Source: Oopsacas minuta
Lineage: Eukaryota > Animalia > Porifera
Length of the DNA stretch: 64,000 nt
Direction of reading: 5' to 3'
NCBI GenBank assembly: GCA_024704765.1
Contig: JAKMXF010000353.1
Location: 1 to 64,000, forward strand
Made by a program: the position numbers and the translations under genes. How positions within the stretch are numbered: position 1 is the stretch's first letter; each line of letters opens with the position of its first letter. This document shows positions 1 through 10,575 of this stretch, one piece after another. The notes under the pieces were generated by a model. That model was not told the origin of the DNA. It saw nothing but the letters and a program-made list of their open reading frames with translations, and ran no database searches.

Positions 1-1019
1 CAGAAGAAGACAGGGCATAACACATCCATTCCTTGTCCTTTGGTAATGAGGGAGTGTAGCTTGTCTCCCTCTAGGGTTAGCACGTGCATACACGGGTTGT
101 TATATGGACACAGTACGTACACGCGGTCACGTGACACTTTAACATCAACTGGTCCTGACATTGACTGATGAGTAATGTTACGGAGATGGTTCAGGTCTGT
201 GTCGTGTATACTGATTCTGTTGTTATCGGTATCTGCTATAAACACGTGACCAATGGGATCTGTTGTTAGTTGTCTAGGATATTTGAATTGTCCGTTGTTT
301 GATCCCTTACCTCCTATCTTCCTAACAATACTCATGTCAGTTAGTGTCAATTGGTTAATAGTGTGATCTCCCAAGCAGCTGACATACACATTCTCTCCGT
401 GTATAGCTATACCCCATGGCTTAGACAGCTGTCCTACACCCAGCTGATTGAGGTACTCTCCTGTATCAGAGAATATCTCTACTCTGTCATTGCCATAATT
501 AGCTACGAATATTTGGTGTGTATCTTCATGTATAGCTACACCTAATGGAACATTCAACTCGCCAGGATCTATACCTCTCTTCCCAGTAGCAACAGTGGAA
601 GTTTGGAATTTAGCATAATCTGGTACTCCTACTGGTACCTGTACGATCTCTCCTAGATGGGAAATGCTCGTTTCTAGGTCACGTGTGTCACACTTCCACT
701 TTAATTGTGTCTCTACGGGGATATTATTTTGTAGGTCTTGTAATTTGTCCTCCATTTCTTGGATAATTCTCTCCTGCATCGACTGGAGGGGATTTTCTCT
801 TAGGTCTTCTTGGACGTGTACCTGGGCCTCTGTCAGTTGGTCGATCATTTGTTTTCTAGCGATCTCTGAGGCTCTCTTCTCCTCGCGTATGTTACGGACT
901 TGCTCCAGCAACTGAACTCTGCGTACATTCAGTAGCCCTATGAGACCATCTATTGTGTAGTTGATGTGTGTCTCTATGGGGTCGACAACTTGAGGGGCTA
1001 TTGGATATCTTTCTGCCAT
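1..1019 (-). CDS. Intronless coiled-coil + NHL-repeat (beta-propeller) protein, copy A; 3' end runs off the window
   Basis: ATG at 1019 ([18 protein letters not shown]...). The frame stays open to the window edge and is colinear, with constant offset 57362 and no indel, with ORF 57152..58492. NHL motifs: [46 protein letters not shown]. No RING or B-box. Confidence 0.9.
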   Translation of the reverse strand, partial: MAERYPIAPQVVDPIETHINYTIDGLIGLLNVRRVQLLEQVRNIREEKRASEIARKQMIDQLTEAQVHVQEDLRENPLQSMQERIIQEMEDKLQDLQNNIPVETQLKWKCDTRDLETSISHLGEIVQVPVGVPDYAKFQTSTVATGKRGIDPGELNVPLGVAIHEDTHQIFVANYGNDRVEIFSDTGEYLNQLGVGQLSKPWGIAIHGENVYVSCLGDHTINQLTLTDMSIVRKIGGKGSNNGQFKYPRQLTTDPIGHVFIADTDNNRISIHDTDLNHLRNITHQSMSGPVDVKVSRDRVYVLCPYNNPCMHVLTLEGDKLHSLITKGQGMDVLCPVFF

Positions 1020-1347
1020 TTGATTGGTTATTAGAAGAATATTTGAATAGTTGATATAGGAATTGGTTGCTAGGGATAATCTTGTGTATTTATAGTTGTG
1101 TATGAATTGATTTTTGTAACAACAAAACAAACAACAATAATAAGATGATGTGAGTATATTATTTACAGAATAAACACGAGGTTATGCAGGTGTATGTTAT
1201 TGTGTCTCGTTGCTAGGATGCTGTAAGGAATGTGGTTGAAAGTTCTTTCTCAGTAAACTTATTTTGTATAATTTACAAGTTTGATTAACAAAATATTAAA
1301 TTTCCTATTTTAACTGTCAATAATAATTCTTATAATTCTATTGTTAA
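1..1347. repeat. Segmental duplicate of 57363..58709 (NHL gene plus about 330 bp of upstream DNA)
   Basis: Read-through alignment by eye gives about 27 mismatches over about 1347 bp, with only 1 mismatch in the non-coding 1020..1347. Similarity decays at about 1347-1362. Confidence 0.95.
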
Positions 1348-1444
1348 TATATTTGTTGTTTTGATGGACATAACGAAATGGAACATAGTTATGCATAGCA
1401 ACCAATATACCTCAAAGGAATGGACATTATATAAATGAACTAAC

Positions 1445-4400
1445 CTTACTAACGAGCTCATCTTCATACCCAAAATGTCTTTCAAACATCTTAGGAGCAT
1501 CTCCGGGGGGTGTTTCTATCTTTACACATACTTCAACTCCTTTCCTCGTCTTTTCAACTGCCCTATGGTTAATCTCTATACTAGTGAGTATACCTATATC
1601 CAATTGCTAGAAAGATAGGATTATTAAGTGCGAACGGAGGTGTTAAGGGACAGAGAATGGGAAGGCCAGTAAATCAGACCCCTCTTATGTACGCTTTCGG
1701 GAAGAATCTACCAAGAGCGCCATCTTAATTTAATGATACCCCATAAGCTATTTAGCCCTGGATGGTGGAATTCCTGTATTTATGTTATACACAAATCTCC
1801 TCAAAATGACCAAGAACAACATCCAACCAGTTACATACCTTGCTAGGAACATGTATAGGGGTACCAGTCATTAGCACTCCTTCTTCTACTCTCACTCCCA
1901 TTACAAGAGGGTCTCTGGAGTTAAATACACAATTTGGGACAATGCTAAGTCTCACTGGGTAGACGGCAAGATGTCTGTTCTCATTCTTCATCTTATCAGC
2001 ATAATCCTATTACAGATACATTTCATTGAAGCAATCTGGTAACTAAGGACTCAGATTGGGAACAGCTGGATAAATATACAAATATTACGTCATTATTTTA
2101 AGAGGATTGTTTCCGTAAATAATATACTATAATACCTTTCTATGCTTAATAAAGTTATCAAACAGATGGTAAATAATATCAGCTGTAAATATCTTAATCC
2201 CCAGCTGATCAGCTAGCTCAAGAGCATCTTTATCAATACGTACATCAAATGCTAATATCACAGCATACCTGAGAGAATAAAGCGTTGCTATGTAAGAGAG
2301 GCATTTATCTTTGATCTAATTAGCGATAATTGTACCATAGTGAGTCTAATATTTGGTCTCATAGGGAGGCTATTTATTCAGGTGCTTGGGGGACTCTAGC
2401 TGTAGCTTATGATATATCAAACGGTGGACCAACTCACTGGGGATCATGTTCCAGCATAGTAGAACATCTAATAACATCCTTCCTATGGACAGGCCCTATA
2501 TTGATACCGGAATATGGTATCTTAGAGGTCTTAAGAAACTCTAACAAAGCCTCCATGGACCCTAGGGTGCTAGCTTGTACGTATACACCTTTGTCTTTGA
2601 GTTTAAAGTCCGTTAGAGCTGCTTGCATTTCTGAGTTTATTTCATTCTAAAGAAATAAATACAGAGCATTATGAGAACACCCTTGACCCTTGGTAGCAGC
2701 TATACATGTTCTAGAACCGATATAATATACAGGAACAAAAGAGAACCGGTTTCCAGAGGATGGTGCTTTTATCCGGTTTATAATGACCGGTATCTGCTGC
2801 ATAATCATTATTGGAAGACAACAGTTCCCAATTTTTTGATCCATGGACCCTTCGGACAACAAAAGGGGGTCCACGGTGAAGAAGGTTGCGAACCACTGTA
2901 TTAACTACACAAAAAGGTATGAAAATATGATTATAACATATGTCACTTACCACTAATACAGGTATCTCATCAGGTTTAACAGGTATTAATACAGGACTGC
3001 TAGCTATAGCATTCTCAAGATCTTTACCAGCTAATTTAATACCTTGAGAATTGTCTATCATTTGATGATGAATAAACTCTCCCTATACAAGAGGTGTCAT
3101 GTGATTAATCATGTTAACCGATGGTCCAATATGAACCCAAGGGTCACTACTTTGACGTTATAAACTGATTAATCATATGAATAATTATCACACCTTAACT
3201 CTCATTTCTTTCAAAGGCTGTGGAGTTAGAATAGCTCTTGCTTGGCTCACAATTGGACCATCTGTCCCAAACAGGACAATAGTGTCTCCTTCCTTAATAA
3301 CACCATTCTTCAGAACTACATCTAGTGTATGACCATAGCCAGGTGTTACTTTAACCTATAAGAAGATTGTAATAATCCCGCAAAAGGTGTGAAAATTAAT
3401 CACATATTATACCTCCATAACAGTAGCCTCAACTTCCCTTGACCACATCAACTGATGTATTAAGAACTTCTGTGACATCAATACCATCATAGCCATCAGG
3501 TCTCCCATTCCATCTCCTGTTATAGCAGAGGTAGGCACCATTGGGATATACTCGTCAAAGTTAAATTTCTCCCAGAATAGAGCAACATTAAGAGACTAGA
3601 TTTGAGAGAAAATGGTGTGAATATATGAATATTTAATGTAGGTATGCATGAATACAAATGGAGAGGCAATCAGGATTTGGTCTGGATTAGCATTGGGCAT
3701 AGGGACTGGCCCCATAAATGCTTGGAGCCCCATATTCCATACAGGGAAACCTAGCAACCAGAAAATACAGACAATTTCCTGTCATATATGGTTACCCCTA
3801 CGTGTAACTTATAAGATATGTAACCATGGATGATGGATGTTGTTCGAAGTCATATAAGCCATTCCTCGCTTGGTTAAAGGGAGATCTGTATCTAACATAA
3901 ATGCACCATCCATGGTTACATAACTAATAAGTATATATCGGGGACCATTTTGTCAAACCTCTGTATTCAGCTGTAGTTTAATCTCATTCAATCTCTCATT
4001 GAAATGATCAGCTGTATTTCTCTTCTGTTTTTTTAGATTATCCTTGACACTGGAATGAGGATTCCTACGCCAATCGTATAGTCTGTCAACCTTGTTAAGC
4101 GCTATACACATAAAGATATAATAGAGGTGTTAAGTTTATTATATGATAATCCTTGTATACATTATGGGTAATTAATGTGTAGAGACAGATAAACAAACAA
4201 ACAAACAAACAAACAAACAAACAAACAAACAAACAAACAAACAAACAAACAAACAAACAAACAAATAAACAAACAAATAAACAAATAAACAAACTTACCA
4301 ATAATAAATTTGCATTTCTTCTTCTTTAATAGGTTAATACTCTCAATAGTTTGTAATTCTAATCCATGCATAATATCTACAACTAGTATAGCTATATCAC

Positions 4401-7400
4401 ACAAACTAGAGCCACGAGACCTTAAGTTTCTAAATGACTCATGTCCTGGGGTGTCAATTATCAACATCCCTGGTAGCAAAATTTCTGTTTTATTAGAGAA
4501 CTGTAGAAAATAAAAAGTGTATAAAATATGATAAATCAGATAGGAACGTGTGCTAACCTCTTTCAAACATAGTGTTTGTGTTCTTATGACGTCAGCTGGT
4601 ACAAATGTTGTTCCTATTTGCTGGGTAATACCACCTGCTTCTCCATTTTGTACAGAGGTGTGTCGTATCTATAATTATATTAGGAGCTCTAATATTTAGT
4701 ATGATTCTTCGTTGGACGCTGGAAATGCCGGGAATACCTTAACGATCAGTCAAAAAAGGACTGTTTGCACACTGATTAGTATGAATAACAAGTGCAGCCA
4801 CAGGGGTTATTCTGGACAATACTCGCTATATCTAAGTAATTATCACGGACCCTTGAGCTTTTTGTTTATTGTTGATATATGTATGTAATGTGTTTAGCTA
4901 TATTTCAATTGGGAGGAAGACATTCTTAATATGTGAAGAAATCGTAATGCAGTGTAACCTCCACAAAAGGAGCTGTGGAAACGGAGTGAAAATATAGCTC
5001 ATAGAATGAGGGGGGTAATGATATGACGGGTGTTAAATGTACATATGAATATACTCACTTTATCAAGAATCTTGGTCTTTCCTGTATCAACATGTCCCAG
5101 TACACATAGGATAGGAGATCTCAGTTTATCTTTTGATCTGTTTTCACTAGCCTCTGACCTACGCTTAGTTATCCTATCTTTAGCAATATCATAGCTAGAT
5201 GCTTCTGTATCTGATATGGAACTATCACTTTCTATAGTTTCAGTTTGAGTTGGGTTAGGTAATGTTTCTTGTTCGTTAGTCAGTTTTTGAGTCGGTGGGT
5301 TGGATATTTGCTCTGTCTTCGCATCTGTTTGCTAGAAACACATTAACAAATAAATTTGAAAGTATATACGTATTCACAAAGGTGTGAAAATATGATTAAT
5401 CTTCGACAGAGATTAATTATACACATACTTGAACCAATCAGATAAAGTTTAAGCTACCAAAAGGTGTGATAATATTCATCTGTCTATTTAAGTATCGACA
5501 CTATTAAAATGACATAACCTGGAAAGCGAACAAATACAGACAATAGAATAGAAAACAACAAAACAACAATCCTGTAAACAAAATAAATAATTACTAAACA
5601 AATAAATTCAATTTTTCCGAATTAACTGCTTATACACTTTCTATGAGAAATTTTGATATTTCCTTAGACACAATAACTGGTAATAGGCATTCAGTTTATG
5701 TACACATAAATACCCAAAATATGTAGAATATTTAGAGTAAATATTAATGGCAACACACAAATACACAAAACAAGAAGCGACCTCAAATCTATTCGAGATA
5801 AAAATCGAACTAAACAGGATATTCGAGCGCTTAATCGATCGTGTCCATAAGCGCAGAGATCAGCTGTTGTCACAGGTTGAGGATTTCCTATCAGATTACG
5901 AGGACTTCAGGAAATTATCTGTTGGAGAAGTAGAATCGACAGGACCAACCGAAGGGTATGCAAACTTTCTAATCGAAGACATGCCGATAGAAGAATTCAG
6001 AGACGAGCCAGGAAAGAAAAAGTTACCTACATACACATTATCCTGCGATATAGAAGAATTAGAGAAGTATATCACAGAATTCGGGCGAGTTGATCGAGTC
6101 ACGTATAAGCCGCCAATCCCTCCGAAGAGGTCGTTATCCGTACAATCGGCTTCTAAGTCCGCCCCTTTAAAAATCGGAGGCAGAGGAGCCAGTAAGGGGT
6201 ATTACGAGAAACCGCGGGGTATCGGTATAAGTAACAATGACGTCATAGTGTTAGCCGATCAGGGACGACAAGTTGTCACAATCATGTCAATAAATGGTTC
6301 AGTAATAGCTGAATTTAAACAGGAGAGTCCGTACGGCGTATGTATACATGAAGACAGTGTGTTTGTGTCTGACTTGAAACGTGACACTATTTTCCTGTAC
6401 TCACTAGCTAGAATGAGCCTAGAGAAGTATAGTAGAGAGAAGGGAGCGTTACAAGCTCCTAAGGGACTTGATTATGATAAAAACGATGGCATACTCTACA
6501 TAGCCGATACGCTGAAGCACTCTATTGTACAAATGAATAAACGATTAGAATATTTAGGAGAATTCGGGGGCGCAGCGAAGCTCTACCGGCCAGAGGACGT
6601 CAAATTACATCCCCAGACAGGTTCCCTGGTTGTGTTAGATCACGGGGATAATGGAATGATACATATCTTCAATACAAACGGTCACAAACTTGAGACCATT
6701 GGGATTATCCACAAACCACAAATACTAGCCGCATATTTCTTTTGTATAGACCAAGAGGGTAATTATGTTGTAAGTGATACTGAGAGACATTCCTTAACTG
6801 TCTTCGATAGCAACGGGGGGATGGTTCGAATAATTGGGCAAGAAGGGGAGCGGTTAGGGGACCTTAAGTACCCTCGAGGGGTATGTTGTCGTAGAAGTGA
6901 CAACAAATATATAAGTGCCAGTAGTAATGAAAAATTTACAATACAAATGTATTGATGTGTATTTGTTTGTTTAATTATTCAGTTTAGTAAAATGTGTAAA
7001 TATATGAAAATACCTCTATTCCATCTTCAGATGATACATCTATTAATACATAAACAAATAAACAAGTAAACAAACAAACAAACAAACAAACAAACAAACA
7101 AACAAACAAGCAAGCAAACAAACTTACCAGTAGACTCACTACTTATGGAATCAGAATCTTCCCAATTATCTTTAATTTTTTGTCTGTGATTATCATTACC
7201 AGCTGGGTTGTCTAATATATCTTCCCAGCTGTCTCTTACGGGTTCTTGTTCATTTATTGATTGCTCCTATTAATAAACATGTAAACAAAATGTGTTGTTT
7301 ACAAGTAAATACACATACCTTCTCAATAACACACCCATTGTCTATTTCTACATCTCTCTCCTCATCTCTGGATTCTTTATTCTTGTTCCTCTTTCTTGCC

Positions 7401-9616
7401 CCATACTTAATCTTAACGATAGTCTCCTCCTCAGTATTGGGACCTACTGTCATACCTATATCCATATGTATAACGCTAAAGTAACACCTTTCATAACTGT
7501 AACTATAATAGCTCTCGTAACAAAAATTCTAATATATGTTTACAGCTAACGCCGTGAAATATGTTACTTTAACGGTAAGGGACCATATTTGTACAATTCA
7601 CACTTCGATATTACGGGAGTTGACTGTATAGATCCAATGCCCCCTCGCTGACCTATCAGGTACCCATAGGATCTCATTAAGTAGTTGCCATGGTAACCTA
7701 AAGTATGTATATTACCATATGCTTGTTGCATAGCATTAGCCTTCTCCTGTCTCTCTTTAATCTTATCTTTCTGTTCTTTAGTCAGATAAGTTCCTGCTAG
7801 TTTCTGTTCCGTTATACGTTCCTATAAATGTGTATATCATATTATCACACCTATAAATCTGTGATATAATATTCTCCACCTTTCTCTGTGATTTTTTCTT
7901 TTCTTTGCGCAGACGTTCTTTCTCCAACTTTAAAGAAATAAATAAATATCTAATAAACAACTTCGAAAGTAGTTTGTTTACTAGTTGTTTACTTGTTTAC
8001 CTTAGCTAATCTCTCCTCTTCCCTAATTTCAAATTCCCTAGCCTTCCTCTCCTCCTCCTCTCTCTGGAGTCTATCAGCATCCTCCTGCTCCTTCAGAGCT
8101 CTCTTAATCTTTTCCCGTACAGCTGAGCTGGGACCCTTCTGCGCACCTTTCTTAGCTTTCTTCTTAGAACTAGCACCCTCTGTATCTGTAAACAAAGTAG
8201 ACGTGCAAACACTTGTCTGTTTATTAGTTCGTTAGTTTGCTTGTCTATAAGTTAGCTTGTTTGTTTGTTTGTTTGTTTGTTTGTTTGTTTGTTTGTTTAC
8301 TTGTATATATGGCCATATTATACACACCTTGTGAAGTATCGATACTATCCTTTGTATCATCTATATCCTAAATATGAATAATAGTTAAATAACAACAATA
8401 AAACAAAAGTGTGAAAGTATATACATATCAACATATCAATCTACAACCCCAAATGTACAGTGCAAATCAAAAACAATCGGTAAATACAGTGTATATCGGT
8501 TATAAGCACCATCCTCTGGAACCAGTCTCATATATTCCTGTATACACAGTACACACCTGTAAGTCAGGAATATTTTCCAATAAGTTCTGTCGCTTCTTCT
8601 TCTCTTTCTTCTTCTGAGCTTTAGACCTAACTACAGTATCCTCTGTGATGTCACCCCCTACCAGATCAGCTGTTTCTATCTGCTTAGTATATAAATAGAA
8701 TAGTAACAGTATAGATCAGCTGTTCATAACATTTTTCACATGTGGACCCCCTGCTATAGACCCAGGTAGGAACTTCTAATAATAACCTGTCATAGGGGTA
8801 AATAAGGCCAATAGGGTGTGTCCAATGAATAGAGCGTTTAACACCTATTCTGATAGGTGTTTTAATACGACACAAACCGCTTATCATATAAATATATGTA
8901 TTAGCACCTGGTTAGGGAGAGATGGTTGAGATTTCTCGTTTTTTGGTTTCGGTTCAATACTCTCTTGTTCTATTCTGTTGAGCTCATCTTTCAACATCAC
9001 TACATGTAAACACCAATAAGTAAACAACAAATAAATAAACAAATTTATCACTTACAAATCAAGATCAAAATCTTTCTTCTTCCTTCCCTTTCCCTTCTTA
9101 GATTTTGAATTCACTTTTATTTCTGTTCTAAAAATAATCAATCATTCAATTAACAGATAATTAGACACATAACACCTCCTCTGTGATCCCCCTGTTGTCC
9201 CTCTTAACCCATAGAGAACATAAGAACTATGATAGTCACATACTTTAAGCCGATTGCATCTGTAACAATGAAGTCTTCACTAATAAACAAATAGATGTAA
9301 ATACAACAGATAAATATGAATATTTGTTGATATGTTTGTTTACCTGTTTTCCTGTGCTTTCTCCGTTTCTGTGCTGATAATCTGCTCTCCATTGGTATAC
9401 TCGTCAGCGAGTCTAAACAATAATAACAATAATAATAATAATGATAATAATCTGTTTGTTTGTTTGTTTATTAAGGAATGGATAACAACAAACTTTCGTC
9501 ATATGTGAAATATGATACAACTAGGAACCTTGCCAAATATCAACACAAACAAACAAACAAACAAGTGTCAATAATATTTACAATTCATTTTTTGAGTGAA
9601 TATGTGAGGCTGCCAT
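1445..9616 (-). CDS. EIF5B: Eukaryotic translation initiation factor 5B (IF2 homologue), multi-exon; terminal exon not found in the window
   Basis: Exons encode [120 protein letters not shown] and domain [16 protein letters not shown]...[10 protein letters not shown], which ends at a GT donor (1444). K/E-rich N-terminal exons lie at 7128-9412. The start at 9616 ([12 protein letters not shown]) is tentative. Confidence 0.93.
4189..4295. repeat. (AAAC)n microsatellite in an eIF5B intron
   Basis: Directly visible. Similar tracts at about 7055-7125, 8255-8300, 18880-18925, 41170-41420, 48700-48820 and 55565-55620. Confidence 0.97.
5747..6955 (+). CDS. Intronless coiled-coil + NHL-repeat protein (divergent, copy B), nested antisense in an eIF5B intron
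   Basis: 402-aa ORF with an N-terminal helical coil and NHL blades ([50 protein letters not shown]). It lies within the eIF5B intron 5332..7127. Confidence 0.9.
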   Translation: MATHKYTKQEATSNLFEIKIELNRIFERLIDRVHKRRDQLLSQVEDFLSDYEDFRKLSVGEVESTGPTEGYANFLIEDMPIEEFRDEPGKKKLPTYTLSCDIEELEKYITEFGRVDRVTYKPPIPPKRSLSVQSASKSAPLKIGGRGASKGYYEKPRGIGISNNDVIVLADQGRQVVTIMSINGSVIAEFKQESPYGVCIHEDSVFVSDLKRDTIFLYSLARMSLEKYSREKGALQAPKGLDYDKNDGILYIADTLKHSIVQMNKRLEYLGEFGGAAKLYRPEDVKLHPQTGSLVVLDHGDNGMIHIFNTNGHKLETIGIIHKPQILAAYFFCIDQEGNYVVSDTERHSLTVFDSNGGMVRIIGQEGERLGDLKYPRGVCCRRSDNKYISASSNEKFTIQMY

Positions 9617-10575
9617 TGATCAGTGATACAGGAGTAGGAATAATTCATGTGTAGGTCTGTAAGGATAAGATGATCTGGAGACACAAATGGTGTCACAGCT
9701 AAAGGTGTTAATATACACATATACAATATAAGCTAGTTAAGGAAGTCAACCGCAATTCAGCGGGAAATGAGTGACGTCATGTTGATATATATATATATAT
9801 ATATACGATGCCAATTGTAATCAAATTTGTACCACCAGTATTTATATAACAAGATGTTACTAATAATAGAACTAAGATAATTAATATTATATCATAAAAT
9901 GGTTTGTATTCTATTATTAGATAAATTATTGACACCTATAGTTCCAGTTAAGTTGGTGATGTAATACAGTAGACTCTTGTAAATATATACACACCAAGGG
10001 GCAGTGCATATTGTCTCACTTAATAGGAGTTACATGTCAAAGAGTAGTAACAAATCGCAGAAAAAAGGTTGTAAGGTGTTAATCAGAGTGACGTCATAAT
10101 AACTGAATATTTATAGTGTAACCTTCATGAACGGAGTGCTGATATTGAACTAAGAATCAGGGGCGACCCCAGAATAGTGCATACCAGAGGATCTGGCAGA
10201 CAAGGGGCAGGATTTTCAAATCCAGGGCAAGTGCACCGTTTCCAGAAATTCCTCATATCGTGAAAATTGTAAACAAACAATAATAATATATCATAAATAT
10301 CAAATGAGTTCTAATTTGAGTAAGTAATTTACAGCATAATAAGAAACATAGAAATCCAATGCTATAACTATACGTGGTAAATATCTTGTTTGTTTACTTG
10401 TTTGTTTACTAAATATATGATTTTAACTCTGAATTTTTTCTAGGATCCTAAAGTGCTTTGATTGGCCAGAGCAGTTAATTAATGTTTCTGGTTTTTTGTA
10501 TATTTTGTTATTTTTGTTATTTTGTTGTTTTTGTTGTGAAGTTGTTTTGTTTTGTTGACATTCTTGTTGATAGGA

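Noticed and set aside
14-580. Diversity-generating retroelement (DGR) explanation for NHL variability
   Set aside because: The differences are not adenine-specific (for example CCT/GCT, CCA/CTA, TTG/TGG, GTT/GGT), and no reverse transcriptase or template repeat is seen in the window.
351-915. Plus-strand ORFs 351..545 and 664..915 (and 57345..58277)
   Set aside because: They are antisense shadows of the NHL coding sequence.
4095-4301. ORFs reading FVCLFVCL or LVYLFT (also 10823-11464, 13679-14197 N-terminus, 48596-48811, 55572 N-terminus)
   Set aside because: These are translations of intronic (GTTT)n and minisatellite repeats. Only the embedded exon segments are coding.
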